A stretch of DNA of 64,000 bases, from NCBI GenBank assembly GCA_021513695.1, contig CP084166.1:896001-960000 (forward strand), written 5' to 3'. The stretch is from Candidatus Heimdallarchaeum aukensis. GTDB taxonomy: Archaea; Asgardarchaeota; Heimdallarchaeia; Heimdallarchaeales; Heimdallarchaeaceae. Position 1 is the stretch's first letter, and each line of letters begins with the position of its first letter. The position numbers and the translations under genes are program-made. Of this stretch, positions 21,286 to 31,131 are shown piece by piece. Under the pieces are notes generated by a model. It was given only the letters and a program-made list of their open reading frames with translations. It did no database searches and was not told where the DNA came from.

Positions 21286-21930
21286 TTAAATTTTCTTTGA
21301 TATTGCGTAAGCAGTATATCCTCCAAATGCACTATTAACTAACAACCAAGGTAAACCAAAGTAAGCTATGCCTAGAAACGAACCAGATCCTGTTTGGGGG
21401 TTGACATAAAAAAATGTAAGAGCTACGAGTGTTAGTATAAAATTAGTTAGTCCCATAATTATTCCAGTCAATATTGTACGATTACGCAGATTTAGGTTTG
21501 AGGGAAGAAACTTAAATGAAAGATCTGCTGAAAAACCTGTTGCCAGTCCAAAAACGCACCAACCTACCACTGCCCAAGGACTTACTAAAGACTTTGTTTT
21601 TATCAACTCGTAATAATATTCTACAAAGAAACCAATTATTGCATAAGGCAAATATATTGCTGTTCCCATTCCAAACTGTCTTATTTTAAGAATAGGTAAG
21701 ATAATTATTAGTGCATTAAAATAACCTACCATATATACAAAAAACATTCCTGTTCCTTCTATCTCGCCCATTTTACCGAATCCTACTGTTGCACTTCCTG
21801 CAAAAAAGTCAAAGAAGTATGTTCCTATAGCTGTTACTGTGGATTGTAGGAATCCAAAAATGAGTATAATTTGCCATACTTTTATTTTTTCTTTTTTTTC
21901 TGGTTGTGTAATTCTATCTTTTTTTCTCAT
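21286..21930 (-). CDS. Small integral membrane protein (possible ECF-type substrate-capture or transporter subunit)
   Basis: 214 aa, 5-6 hydrophobic segments. Confidence 0.35.
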   Translation of the reverse strand: MRKKDRITQPEKKEKIKVWQIILIFGFLQSTVTAIGTYFFDFFAGSATVGFGKMGEIEGTGMFFVYMVGYFNALIIILPILKIRQFGMGTAIYLPYAIIGFFVEYYYELIKTKSLVSPWAVVGWCVFGLATGFSADLSFKFLPSNLNLRNRTILTGIIMGLTNFILTLVALTFFYVNPQTGSGSFLGIAYFGLPWLLVNSAFGGYTAYAISKKI

Positions 21931-22355
21931 TTTATCTTACTTTTTATTTTTTTTCTAATAAGTTGTTAGTTTTTAGCTTTTTCCAACTTTTTATTTTTGT
22001 ATAAATATCTTTGATTTGTTTCTTGTTGTTTTTTATAATGTGAGATTATCTTTCATCAGTTAGAATCTAGTTGTTGTTTTCACAAATGGTTTTTTTTACA
22101 ACATGGGGTTCTTTTAGTTCTTGATTGTTTCAATTTTCTTTTTTTTTAGAAAAACTTTAGTGATAATTATTACTTGAGAACTTTTGTTTCTAGTTTTTTT
22201 ATAGTTGATTTAAGCGATAACCTATTATTGATTTTACTGCATTTCCTTCTTTCTCTTTTTTCCATAATTATTCTTTGACTAGTAGAATAGTATTCTTTTT
22301 ATTCTCTAGTTTAGCTATTTTACTCAGTAAGCATCGCTTTAGGAGAAGTGTAGGA

Positions 22356-23588
22356 ATGGAAGAAAGTAAAGACTACTTTTACGACATCCAATTAGATAAA
22401 AAAAATTCTTTAAATAATCAAATGAGAGAAACTCTTCAATCCTTTATTAATTCATTTCCTTTCTATGTTATGCTTATTGACGAGGATCATCACATTCAGC
22501 TTGCTAACAACGCTATCTTAGACCAATTGAAAATGGATCCTACTGCTATTGTTGGTTGTTATTGTCCTTCCAAAATTCACGGTTTAGATTCTCCTTTTGC
22601 TGGTTGTCCTCTTGAAGCATCTAAATCTTCTCTTAAAGCTATTGAACGAGAATATTATTTTAAAGAAGAAGACAGGTGGGTTCGCTCTACTGCTTATCAT
22701 ACTAATATTTTTACTCCTGAAAACAAACGTCTTTTTATTCATCTTACTATTGACATTACTGCTCAGAAGAATGCTGAAAATAAATTGAAGCGTTCTGAGG
22801 AGAAGTATCGTCTTCTTGCTTCTAAATTACAAAAGCTTAATGATTTACATAAGAAATTGAATGAGATCCAAGAGATTTTTATTTACGAACGAGATAAGAC
22901 TTCTTTAATTCATCGTATATGTTCAAAGTTGTCAGAACTTATTAGTTATGATCTTTGTTGGATAGGTATTTTAGATTCAGGTAAGTTAAAGATTTTGGCT
23001 AGTTCTAGTTCTGATTCTGATTCTGGTTCTAGTTCAAGTTCTAGAATTAAAGACTTTTTTACTACTGAAATTGACCTTCATTCCGATGGTCGTTATTCTT
23101 GTTTACATAAGGTTATTGAGCAAAAACAATTAATTGTTATTAACAAGGATAATTTTTCTTGTTCTGATTGTCTATTCCACGACACTTCTTCACCTAATTC
23201 TATCTTAATCTTTCCTATGATTGTTAACGACAATGTTTATGGTATTATCAGTTTATATAAGTCTGAGAGTCACATCTCTGAAAACGAGATATCTATTTTA
23301 CAGACTGTTGCTAATGCTTTAGCTTTTGCTCTTCAATCTATTGAATTAATTGAAAGTCAGAATGAAGCTTTTTCTCAGCTTAAGAGAAATATTGATTATT
23401 TAGAAGATATAATCGATAAAATTAGAAATCCTCTTACTGTTATTCAAGGTTTCGTTGAACTTTATATGAAAGATAAAAGCAGTGCAGCTATCATTAAAGA
23501 ACATATTAACCAAATTGTAGAGATTCTTTCTAAAGTTGACGAAAAATATATTCGTTCTACTGACTTATTCAAACAGTATACTGAATAA
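22356..23588 (+). CDS. PAS/GAF sensor-like protein with degenerate HisKA-like C-terminus (no phospho-acceptor His, no ATPase domain)
   Basis: N-terminal PAS-like region with motif GCYCPSKIHG...FAGCPLE, Ser/Asp low-complexity linker, GAF-like middle, and C-terminal IRNPLTVIQGF resembling the HisKA box but lacking His. Paralog of 29883-31076. Confidence 0.55.
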   Translation: MEESKDYFYDIQLDKKNSLNNQMRETLQSFINSFPFYVMLIDEDHHIQLANNAILDQLKMDPTAIVGCYCPSKIHGLDSPFAGCPLEASKSSLKAIEREYYFKEEDRWVRSTAYHTNIFTPENKRLFIHLTIDITAQKNAENKLKRSEEKYRLLASKLQKLNDLHKKLNEIQEIFIYERDKTSLIHRICSKLSELISYDLCWIGILDSGKLKILASSSSDSDSGSSSSSRIKDFFTTEIDLHSDGRYSCLHKVIEQKQLIVINKDNFSCSDCLFHDTSSPNSILIFPMIVNDNVYGIISLYKSESHISENEISILQTVANALAFALQSIELIESQNEAFSQLKRNIDYLEDIIDKIRNPLTVIQGFVELYMKDKSSAAIIKEHINQIVEILSKVDEKYIRSTDLFKQYTE

Positions 23589-23864
23589 ATAATTTTAACT
23601 TTCTTTTGCAGCTCTATTATAGTTAACAGTCTTAACAATTAATTTATTTTGTCTGTACTTATGATTTTTACTTTTTATGTTTCTTACCTGTTGAAGAGAT
23701 AAGAAAACATTTGAACATTAGTAATAATGTAAATGGTTCTATAGAAAAATCTCTATTTACGCTTGAGATTTAAATGAATTAAAAAACTCTTTTCAAATAT
23801 CTCAAATTTACTTAAATATTTCTAAGCTTTGATTTTTTGGAGTAAACCTCGATTTAATTTTTTA

Positions 23865-24068
23865 CTATCCTTCTGTTATCTTTCGCTTTTTGACCTTTGT
23901 GATTTGAATAGTTCCATCATAAAAAAGTATCCATCTAATTTTATCTCCATTTTTAAGTTCTAGAGCTTCCACAATCTCTTTTGGGACAGTTGTTCTTCTC
24001 CTACTTTCGCGTATTGTCAATGTTGTTTCTGTTACAAATTCTACTTCGTCTAAATCTACTTTTGGCAT
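23865..24068 (-). CDS. AbrB/SpoVT-type (swapped-hairpin) DNA-binding protein
   Basis: 67 aa; RRRTTVPKEIVEALELKNGDKI matches the AbrB/MazE/SpoVT domain consensus. Confidence 0.55.
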   Translation of the reverse strand: MPKVDLDEVEFVTETTLTIRESRRRTTVPKEIVEALELKNGDKIRWILFYDGTIQITKVKKRKITEG

Positions 24069-24276
24069 GTTTATGTGATTAATTTATAACATATATATTT
24101 TTTGGTTGTAATCCAAACTGTTTTGCTAATAAGATAATTAATGTTATCAGAACACATACATGTATTGTCAATTTTTATTCGTCACAAGAACTATCTTATA
24201 CTCCACATTACATTGGTGTGACGTAATACTTATATGGACAATTACCAATGGCCATCAAAACAAGGATAGTGAGATA

Positions 24277-25221
24277 ATGATGGATGCTATTACAACCTTT
24301 TCATTTGGATTATATCTTTTATTTGCATTTATAGCTTTAATTTGTGAATATATTGATTCAGCTTTAGGTGGGGGATATGGAACTATTCTTGTTCCTGTAA
24401 TGATGATCGCCTTTAATATTGATAAGAAATTCCTTATTCCTGCTGTTCTTGTCAGCGAGACAGTCACTGGTCTTGGTTCAGCATTGCTTCATCATTATGT
24501 AGGCAATGCGAATTTTAATATACGAAAAAAGAATAATTCAAGTGAATTCAATAAAACAAATGATATTCTAAAGAGATACAATTCTCCATCTAGTATAATT
24601 AAAGAAAACGGTTACTGTCAAAATTTCTTCTATAGATCTCTAATTACTCGTGCTAAAGATTTTCTTAATAGTTTTAAGGTTTCAGACGACTTTAAAGTTT
24701 CAATGATTTTAGGTTTCTTTGGTATTATTGGTGGCATTTCAGCTGCTTTTCTTTCTTTAAGATTATCTCAAACTTTTGTCAAGATATATATTGGAGCACT
24801 TGTCTTTTTAGTCGGTTTGTTTGTTTTAATAGGTTTCAAATGGAAATTCACGTGGGTTAAAATCTCCATTATTGGTCTAGTTGCAGCGTTTAATAAAGGT
24901 TTATCAGGTGGAGGATATGGACCTCTTATTTCCTCAGGTCAGATTGTTGTAAACCGCAATCCTCGCCAAGCTGTTGCTTCAACTTCACTAGCTGAAGCTT
25001 TAGTATGTATCTCTTCCTTGGTTGTTTATTTTTCTTGCCCAGAAATTACCTTTAATTTTGGTTTCTTGTTTCTCTTACTTTCTCTTTTTATAGGAGCAAC
25101 CCTTTCTGCTCCTCTAGCGGTTCTAACTGTAAAGTATATACCACTTAAGAAAATGCAACCAATTGTTGGACTTGTAACCATGTTATTAGGAATTTTTACG
25201 TTGGTTAAGGTCTTCATTTGA
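24277..25221 (+). CDS. TauE/SafE-family (DUF81) membrane exporter
   Basis: Two internal repeats each carrying a G-x-GGG-Y-G motif (SALGGGYGTILVPV and GLSGGGYGPLISSG) within a polytopic membrane protein. Start moved to the internal Met at 24277. Confidence 0.55.
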   Translation: MMDAITTFSFGLYLLFAFIALICEYIDSALGGGYGTILVPVMMIAFNIDKKFLIPAVLVSETVTGLGSALLHHYVGNANFNIRKKNNSSEFNKTNDILKRYNSPSSIIKENGYCQNFFYRSLITRAKDFLNSFKVSDDFKVSMILGFFGIIGGISAAFLSLRLSQTFVKIYIGALVFLVGLFVLIGFKWKFTWVKISIIGLVAAFNKGLSGGGYGPLISSGQIVVNRNPRQAVASTSLAEALVCISSLVVYFSCPEITFNFGFLFLLLSLFIGATLSAPLAVLTVKYIPLKKMQPIVGLVTMLLGIFTLVKVFI

Positions 25222-25380
25222 AACAAATTTTTATTAATTATTTTATTTTCAGCAAAAGTTCTCTTACTTCAGGTGGGGATAGTTCATACTGCAATTTTCA
25301 CTTTTCACTTGGTGGATACAAAAAGCGAAATAGTAAATTAGTAAAGTAAAAGCAAATAAAACTAGACTTCTTCACTAAAG

Positions 25381-25665
25381 AATATGATATACTAAATCTC
25401 TATACTCTATTCTCTTCTCTTCTCTTTTCTTTTCTTTTCTTTTCTTGGTTGTATGCATGACTTATTTTTTTACGTAAGTTTGTAAAAATTGAATTGAGGG
25501 AGGAGTGAATGTAAAAAAGAAAAAAGAAAAAAGAAAGGAGGAAGGGAGAAGAGAGGAAAATGAGGGGTTTTTATAAGGAAAAAAGGTATAAGTAAGTAAG
25601 AAGAGAAGAAGAAAAGTAAAAAAAAGAAAGAAAAAAAAAGAAAAAAAAGGAAGGAGTAAAGAAGG
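25381..25665. repeat. Low-complexity tract: CT-rich run followed by a long AG-rich run (mirror/imperfect-palindrome purine-pyrimidine tracts) immediately upstream of tnpB
   Basis: (CTCTT/CTTTT)n at about 25381-25450 and (GAAAA/GGAAG)n at about 25500-25665; generates the spurious ORF 25470-25829. Confidence 0.7.
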
Positions 25666-27126
25666 ATGGAGGGCGTCGTTAAAACCTTGAAAGTGAGAAT
25701 AAAGAATGAGGTGTTGACGACTAGAAAAAAGCTAAGGTTAAGGAGAATAACGGGGAGAGACACAAGGATTATAGAAAAGTATGTGAGAATAATACACCAT
25801 AACAGAAGAAAGATATGTATACGAACCAAAAAAGGGAAAATAAGAGTACATAGAGGAAAATTAGATGAGTTGACGCTTACTACTTCAAAAGTTAAAGAAG
25901 AAGAGATGAGAACGACTGTTCCTCACGACCTTAAGAAAATGTTTCCTTACTGTTCTCACAATGAGTTTCAAGAGTGTAGAGATATAGCTGTGCAACTGTA
26001 CGAGCAAGGATATCGACCCAGTTCTAAACGTCCTCTCATAAAGAGAGTAAGAAGGCAACTAATTAATGGAAAAAGATTCATCCTTGTTCATCTACCAAAA
26101 GAAAAGAATAACACTCTTACTCGTTGGTGGGTGGGAATAAGAGACTCGTTAGACACGTGGAAAAGAAATACCCCCTACCATCAGAAGTTGTGGTTACCTT
26201 TAGAGATAAGCACTTTTCATCAGAAAGAGTTGAAAAAAGGACAAGTGAAAAGCCTAGAATTAAGATATAAGCATTCTACACGTGAGTGGTGGGTGTATTT
26301 TCAACTAAAAGTTCTCCCTCCTTCTTCTTTTCTAAGCGATAATTCCTCTTCTTCTTCTCTTCCTCCAGCTGTGCTGGGAATAGATCTGGGGATAAACATT
26401 CCAGGTGCAGGAGTGCTTCTAGCCCCTAAAAAGAAGTTAACTATTAAAGAGATAAAATTCTGGTATACCAAACAGTGGAATAAATTTAATCATAGATATA
26501 AACTTAAACTTTCCCGTCTTCAGAGGAAAGCGGCTTTAAATGACCAGTCGGGTAAAAAACACCAAATTTATCGTTTTCTTGGATATCTTCGAAGAAGATA
26601 TAGAAACGTTAAACGAGCCTATATTCACCAATTTGTAAGCGATATTGTGCGGACAATAGAGAGTTATGCGCAAGTGTATGATCTTTTTGTCGTCGTAGGT
26701 TACCCCAAAAATGTTAGAAAAGGAAAAGGAAAAGAAAAAGGGAAAAGTAAAAGTACTCGTTATTTTCGCAGAAAACTTCATCAGTGGAACTATGCTCATG
26801 TTCTTGGTCTTCTCCGTCGAGCATTGATATTAAGAGGTTTTGCTCCTCACCGCATTCTTATAATAGACGAAAGAGGAACATCTTCTCATTGTTCACGTTG
26901 TGGAAAAGAAGTTTCTCGTCCCGTCAGAGGGTTAGTCTCTTGTCCCTCTTGTAACTATACCTTCCACTCTGATTTAACAGGAGCTAGAAATATTGCTCTT
27001 AAGTTCCTTAGTCATCTTTTTCGTCCCCGTGTTACAACTATTACTGATTACTTTACTGGTCAAAAATTCAGTCTTACCCATTACACTGTTTGCCGAGGGC
27101 TCAGCCATTGGTTGCAGTCCCAGTAG
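25666..27126 (+). CDS. tnpB: TnpB (IS200/IS605-family OrfB, RuvC-like RNA-guided nuclease), solo without tnpA
   Basis: 486 aa. N-terminus MEGVVKTLKVRIKNEV.. matches the typical TnpB start. RuvC-I motif GIDLGINIPGAG. C-terminal zinc ribbon CSRCGKEVSRP...CPSCNYTFHSDLTGARNIA. Confidence 0.8.
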   Translation: MEGVVKTLKVRIKNEVLTTRKKLRLRRITGRDTRIIEKYVRIIHHNRRKICIRTKKGKIRVHRGKLDELTLTTSKVKEEEMRTTVPHDLKKMFPYCSHNEFQECRDIAVQLYEQGYRPSSKRPLIKRVRRQLINGKRFILVHLPKEKNNTLTRWWVGIRDSLDTWKRNTPYHQKLWLPLEISTFHQKELKKGQVKSLELRYKHSTREWWVYFQLKVLPPSSFLSDNSSSSSLPPAVLGIDLGINIPGAGVLLAPKKKLTIKEIKFWYTKQWNKFNHRYKLKLSRLQRKAALNDQSGKKHQIYRFLGYLRRRYRNVKRAYIHQFVSDIVRTIESYAQVYDLFVVVGYPKNVRKGKGKEKGKSKSTRYFRRKLHQWNYAHVLGLLRRALILRGFAPHRILIIDERGTSSHCSRCGKEVSRPVRGLVSCPSCNYTFHSDLTGARNIALKFLSHLFRPRVTTITDYFTGQKFSLTHYTVCRGLSHWLQSQ

Positions 27127-27466
27127 ATAAAAAAGTTCCTTTCTTTTATATCAAGGGATAGGTTCTTTTTTGTCTCTCGTGGAGTGAAGAAAGAAAAAGT
27201 TCTTTTCTTCTTTATGATTCCCATGATTCGTGTATGAGGTCTGTCTCAACCCCTCCCATTCATTGTATTATTGGTTGAGTTCGCAAGAGATCAAACTTTC
27301 TCCTTGCTTGTTTTTTCTCTTGAAAGACTGAGTGCGAAAAACTTACGTAAAAAAGTAAATCATAATCTCTTAATTTGTTAATAACCACACTTATCATTCA
27401 TTCAAGTTGTCTAATAAATGCCTATAGAAATACTCTTTAAGTGATGTTGTTAGATTTTATTTACTT

Positions 27467-28027
27467 ATGCATTTTGTAATTATTTTTGGTCCTCCTGCTG
27501 TTGGTAAAATGTCTGTTGGTAAAGAACTAGCCAATATTACCGGTTTCAAATTATTTCATAATCATATGTCTATTGAACTCGTTTTGACTCTTTTTGATTA
27601 TGGTACTCCTGAATTTAAGCAACTGAATTCTTCTATCCGCAGATTAATTTTCGAAACTGTTTCTTCTAGTAACTTAAGTGGTTTTATTTTTACTTTTGTT
27701 TGGGCTTTTAACATCCCTGAAGATAAACAATATGTTGAATTTGTTTCTGAAATTTTCAGAAAGAATAATTGGAAAGTTTATTTTGTTGAATTACAGTGTA
27801 GTCTTCAAGAGCGTTTAAGAAGAAATAAAACTGAAGAACGATTAAGAGAAAAACCTTCCAAACGCTCAATTAAAGAATCAGAGCAAAGGTTATTGGAGTG
27901 CGAAAAAAAATATGTTTTAAACACTCAGGGAGATTTTTATTTTCCTGAAAAATATATTAAAATTGATAATACTTCCCTTTCTGCTATTGAAGTAGCGGAG
28001 AGAATTAAGAGTTATTTCAACTTTTAA
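27467..28027 (+). CDS. P-loop NTPase, small nucleotide/nucleoside kinase-like (AAA_33-like)
   Basis: 186 aa; Walker A IIFGPPAVGKMSVGKELA at the N-terminus; size and layout like shikimate/adenylate-kinase-fold proteins. Confidence 0.45.
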   Translation: MHFVIIFGPPAVGKMSVGKELANITGFKLFHNHMSIELVLTLFDYGTPEFKQLNSSIRRLIFETVSSSNLSGFIFTFVWAFNIPEDKQYVEFVSEIFRKNNWKVYFVELQCSLQERLRRNKTEERLREKPSKRSIKESEQRLLECEKKYVLNTQGDFYFPEKYIKIDNTSLSAIEVAERIKSYFNF

Positions 28028-28314
28028 GTCGTATAGTATTTTATTGTGTGTTCTTTGCTATTTTTACTATTTTTTATAGTTACTAATTTTTTTCTCAAGT
28101 GTTATTTTTCTTGTTCTTTCAGGTTTGGAAGATTTGTTTATTAGGATCCTTTATTTCATACAGTTGATTTTTTCTAATAAACTATCAAGTGTAAGGAAAA
28201 CAACTAATTCAATTTAATCAAATAAATTTTCTTTAGCTTCTGACTCTTCTCTTATTCTCAAAATTCTCATTTTTTTAACTAAAAACTTTTAAGATTTATT
28301 CAGATAATAACTAT

Positions 28315-29418
28315 ATGGGTCAACTTAACAAACCCCTTGAGCTATTAACCACCTTAAGCAACCATAATGGTTCTATTTCATCTATTAGAGCTGATAAAAC
28401 TTATCTTTACTCTGGTTCGAAAGATGATACTTTAAGAATTTTTAAAAAGAGTAGTTGGGAAGAGGTTACTTCTTTAGTTCATTCGTCTTGGGTTAATTGT
28501 ATAGAAGTAGACACTGAAAAGGTTTACTCTGGCTCTAGTGATTCAACTGTTCGAGTTTGGAAAAAAGGTTCCTGGGGTTTAATTTCTTCCATTAAACATT
28601 CTCGTTTTTCTATTGTTAAAGACATTGCCGTTGATAAAGAGCACTGCTATGTTGTTCTAACTGATCGCTCTTTGATTATCTATTCTAAACAAAAGTTTGT
28701 TGAACAGGATAAACTTACTCATACTGGCATAGTTCAATCAGTAGAGGTTGATAACACTAATATTTATTCATCTCTAAGCGATGGAACAGTTGTTATCTGG
28801 ACTAAGAATAATTACGAAGTGGAGAAAGTATTAACTCTTTCTTCTTTTAAAACAGTAGAACAGCTGGAAATAGATAATGCTTACATTTATACTTCTGTTG
28901 GCAAGAACATTAAAGTTTTTGATAAGAAAAAAAAGGAAGTGGTTAAAGAATTAAAAATCAACAAAGGTATAGTTTCTTTAACAGTCGACGACTCACTTTT
29001 ACTTGTAGCTTCTAAAGACAAGAAAGTTTACATGTGGAAGAAAGAAACATACAAAGAATACTCTCCTCTAATTATTGATAAAGCAATTACTTATATCTAT
29101 TCTGACAATGAATTTATTTATGTGGGTTGCAAAAATGGAGAAATAAAGATTTATACCCATCCAATAAAAAGAAAAACTATAAAAAAACAACCAACAAGAA
29201 CAAAAAAGGTTACTAAAAAAGCTGAAAAAGCCCAAAAAACAGAAGAGCCTATTAAAAAAACTAAAGAAGATAAAAAAGAAAAGAAAAAATCAAAGGATTA
29301 CACTGTCAAAGAAGCAAAAGAGCTTATGAGTAAAATGAGCAATGAAGAGATACTAGAGTTTACAGAAGGAGATAAAAGAGTAACAATACAGAAATATCGA
29401 GAAAAAGAACAAAAATAA
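28315..29418 (+). CDS. WD40-like beta-propeller protein with Lys/Glu-rich C-terminal tail
   Basis: About 7 repeats ending in motifs like DDTLRIFKK, DSTVRVWKK, DGTVVIWTK, KVYMWKK, followed by a 90-aa KKE-rich low-complexity tail. Confidence 0.55.
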   Translation: MGQLNKPLELLTTLSNHNGSISSIRADKTYLYSGSKDDTLRIFKKSSWEEVTSLVHSSWVNCIEVDTEKVYSGSSDSTVRVWKKGSWGLISSIKHSRFSIVKDIAVDKEHCYVVLTDRSLIIYSKQKFVEQDKLTHTGIVQSVEVDNTNIYSSLSDGTVVIWTKNNYEVEKVLTLSSFKTVEQLEIDNAYIYTSVGKNIKVFDKKKKEVVKELKINKGIVSLTVDDSLLLVASKDKKVYMWKKETYKEYSPLIIDKAITYIYSDNEFIYVGCKNGEIKIYTHPIKRKTIKKQPTRTKKVTKKAEKAQKTEEPIKKTKEDKKEKKKSKDYTVKEAKELMSKMSNEEILEFTEGDKRVTIQKYREKEQK

Positions 29419-29882
29419 CTATTTTGCTTTTTTTCTTCTAACACCTTTTTATTTCTTTAATTTTAATATTGGCTATTTTCTTAAATTAGAAAAATAATAC
29501 ATTTTCATAAAGGAAGAAAAGCAGAAATTGACATTGTAATAAAGACTGGCTTCAATTTAACCGTAGTTTCTGTAACAACAAGTAGAACAATAGGTTTGAT
29601 TAAATTAAAACTGTTTGAAGTTCTGCATGTTCTCTTAACCCAGTCCTCACAACTTTCGATATGTTTGTTGACCGGTTGGGTAGAGTCCTGAAGAAATTAA
29701 GTAAAATTTCAACTCATGGAACAAATCAAATTGGAGGAATTCATTCAATGGTTGTTTTGGTCACATTATTGGAAAAATAGCAAGTAGAACAGCTAAAGAG
29801 AGATATCTCTGTTTGAGTTAAAAAATAGAATAAAAATTGTAGGAAAAGAAAAAATAGGTAAGTTATCTGAAATATTACACGT

Positions 29883-31076
29883 TTAAGGTTGATTATACAT
29901 ATCTTGCTCTTTTAGCATTTTTGTTGTTTCTTTATATTTTTTATCTATTTTTTTCATTTTTTTAATAATTTTGTCTATTTGTTCGCGAAAAAGTTGATAC
30001 ATTCCATTTGTTTCGAATTTTAAATCGCTCATTCCTTTCATTACCGTTAAGGGATTTACTATTTGGTCTAGTAATTCTTCTAGTTCTTTTTTGTTCTGTA
30101 ATAATTGGTTTAGCGCTTTTTCTCTTTCTTCGTTAATTTCCAGCATTTCTATGGAAAAACCTAATTCGTTCGCTATTGTGCTAAGAATCACTTCTTCATG
30201 TTCAAAGAACTCTTCCCGTTCTGTTAATAATACCATTATCCCAAATTGTTTCTGTGCTGCGAACATTGGAATAATGACTATATAGCGTGGAGTTTTTCTC
30301 TGTAAAATTGTTGAAGGTACAGCAAGTTCTCTTGCAGAAAAAATTGCATTCTGGTCAAGTTTTACTTTTCTGTTCAATTTATCTAAAAAATTGTATAACT
30401 CTTGTTTTTCTACTTCAGTCAAGTGAGGTCTTGAATTGAGCAATTCTAGCTTTTCATCTTTTTTTCTCAAAATAAAACAATATGTGTAATCGCGGAACTT
30501 ACTTAGTTCTCTAGAGATTGTATCAACCAATACTTGTTTATCTTTAATGTAAATTAGTTTGTTTTGCACAGAAACAGTTACTTTTCCTAACTCGTATATT
30601 TTTTCCAGTTTTTTGGAAAGAAGTTCGAACTTTTCACTTGCTTCAATTAGTTTTTCCTCAGCAAGTTTTCTTTTGGTTATATCAACAGTATAACAAATAA
30701 AGACTCTTTTTCCTTCGTATGTGTAAAAGTTGCTAAAATAAACTCCTGAAATCAACCAACTTTTTTCACCGTATTTGATCTCTCGTTGCACATTTTTTGA
30801 AATCGCTATAGCTTTTTCCAATGGACATCCGCGAAATAGATTATTGACCCCGTGAACAAGATGAGAACAATATCTTCCTATAATTTGTTTTTTTTCTAAA
30901 CCCAATTTTTTTTGGAAAATATCATTAACTAACAGTATGTTATGCTTTTCATCTACTAAAATTATTGGATAAGAAAAACTATCTATGAAACTCTGGATTA
31001 TTGCTATACATTCTTTTGTTAGAATAATTTTCTCTTTTGGTAAACTTACTGGAAAAGTAACATCTTCTCTAATCAT
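29883..31076 (-). CDS. PAS/GAF sensor-like protein, paralog of 22356-23588
   Basis: Shares the N-terminal block FSYPIILVDEKHNILLVN...GRYCSHLVHG...FRGCPLE and C-terminal NPLTVMKGM with the other sensor; no ATPase domain. Confidence 0.55.
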   Translation of the reverse strand: MIREDVTFPVSLPKEKIILTKECIAIIQSFIDSFSYPIILVDEKHNILLVNDIFQKKLGLEKKQIIGRYCSHLVHGVNNLFRGCPLEKAIAISKNVQREIKYGEKSWLISGVYFSNFYTYEGKRVFICYTVDITKRKLAEEKLIEASEKFELLSKKLEKIYELGKVTVSVQNKLIYIKDKQVLVDTISRELSKFRDYTYCFILRKKDEKLELLNSRPHLTEVEKQELYNFLDKLNRKVKLDQNAIFSARELAVPSTILQRKTPRYIVIIPMFAAQKQFGIMVLLTEREEFFEHEEVILSTIANELGFSIEMLEINEEREKALNQLLQNKKELEELLDQIVNPLTVMKGMSDLKFETNGMYQLFREQIDKIIKKMKKIDKKYKETTKMLKEQDMYNQP

Positions 31077-31131
31077 AGTTTTATGTTTAATTTTTTTTTT
31101 TACTTTTAAAGCTCACTATTTAGGAAAAAGG

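Noticed and set aside
25470-25829. 119-aa ORF on the minus strand upstream of tnpB
   Set aside because: Produced by translating the CT/AG low-complexity tract (poly-Phe/Leu/Ser); not a real gene.
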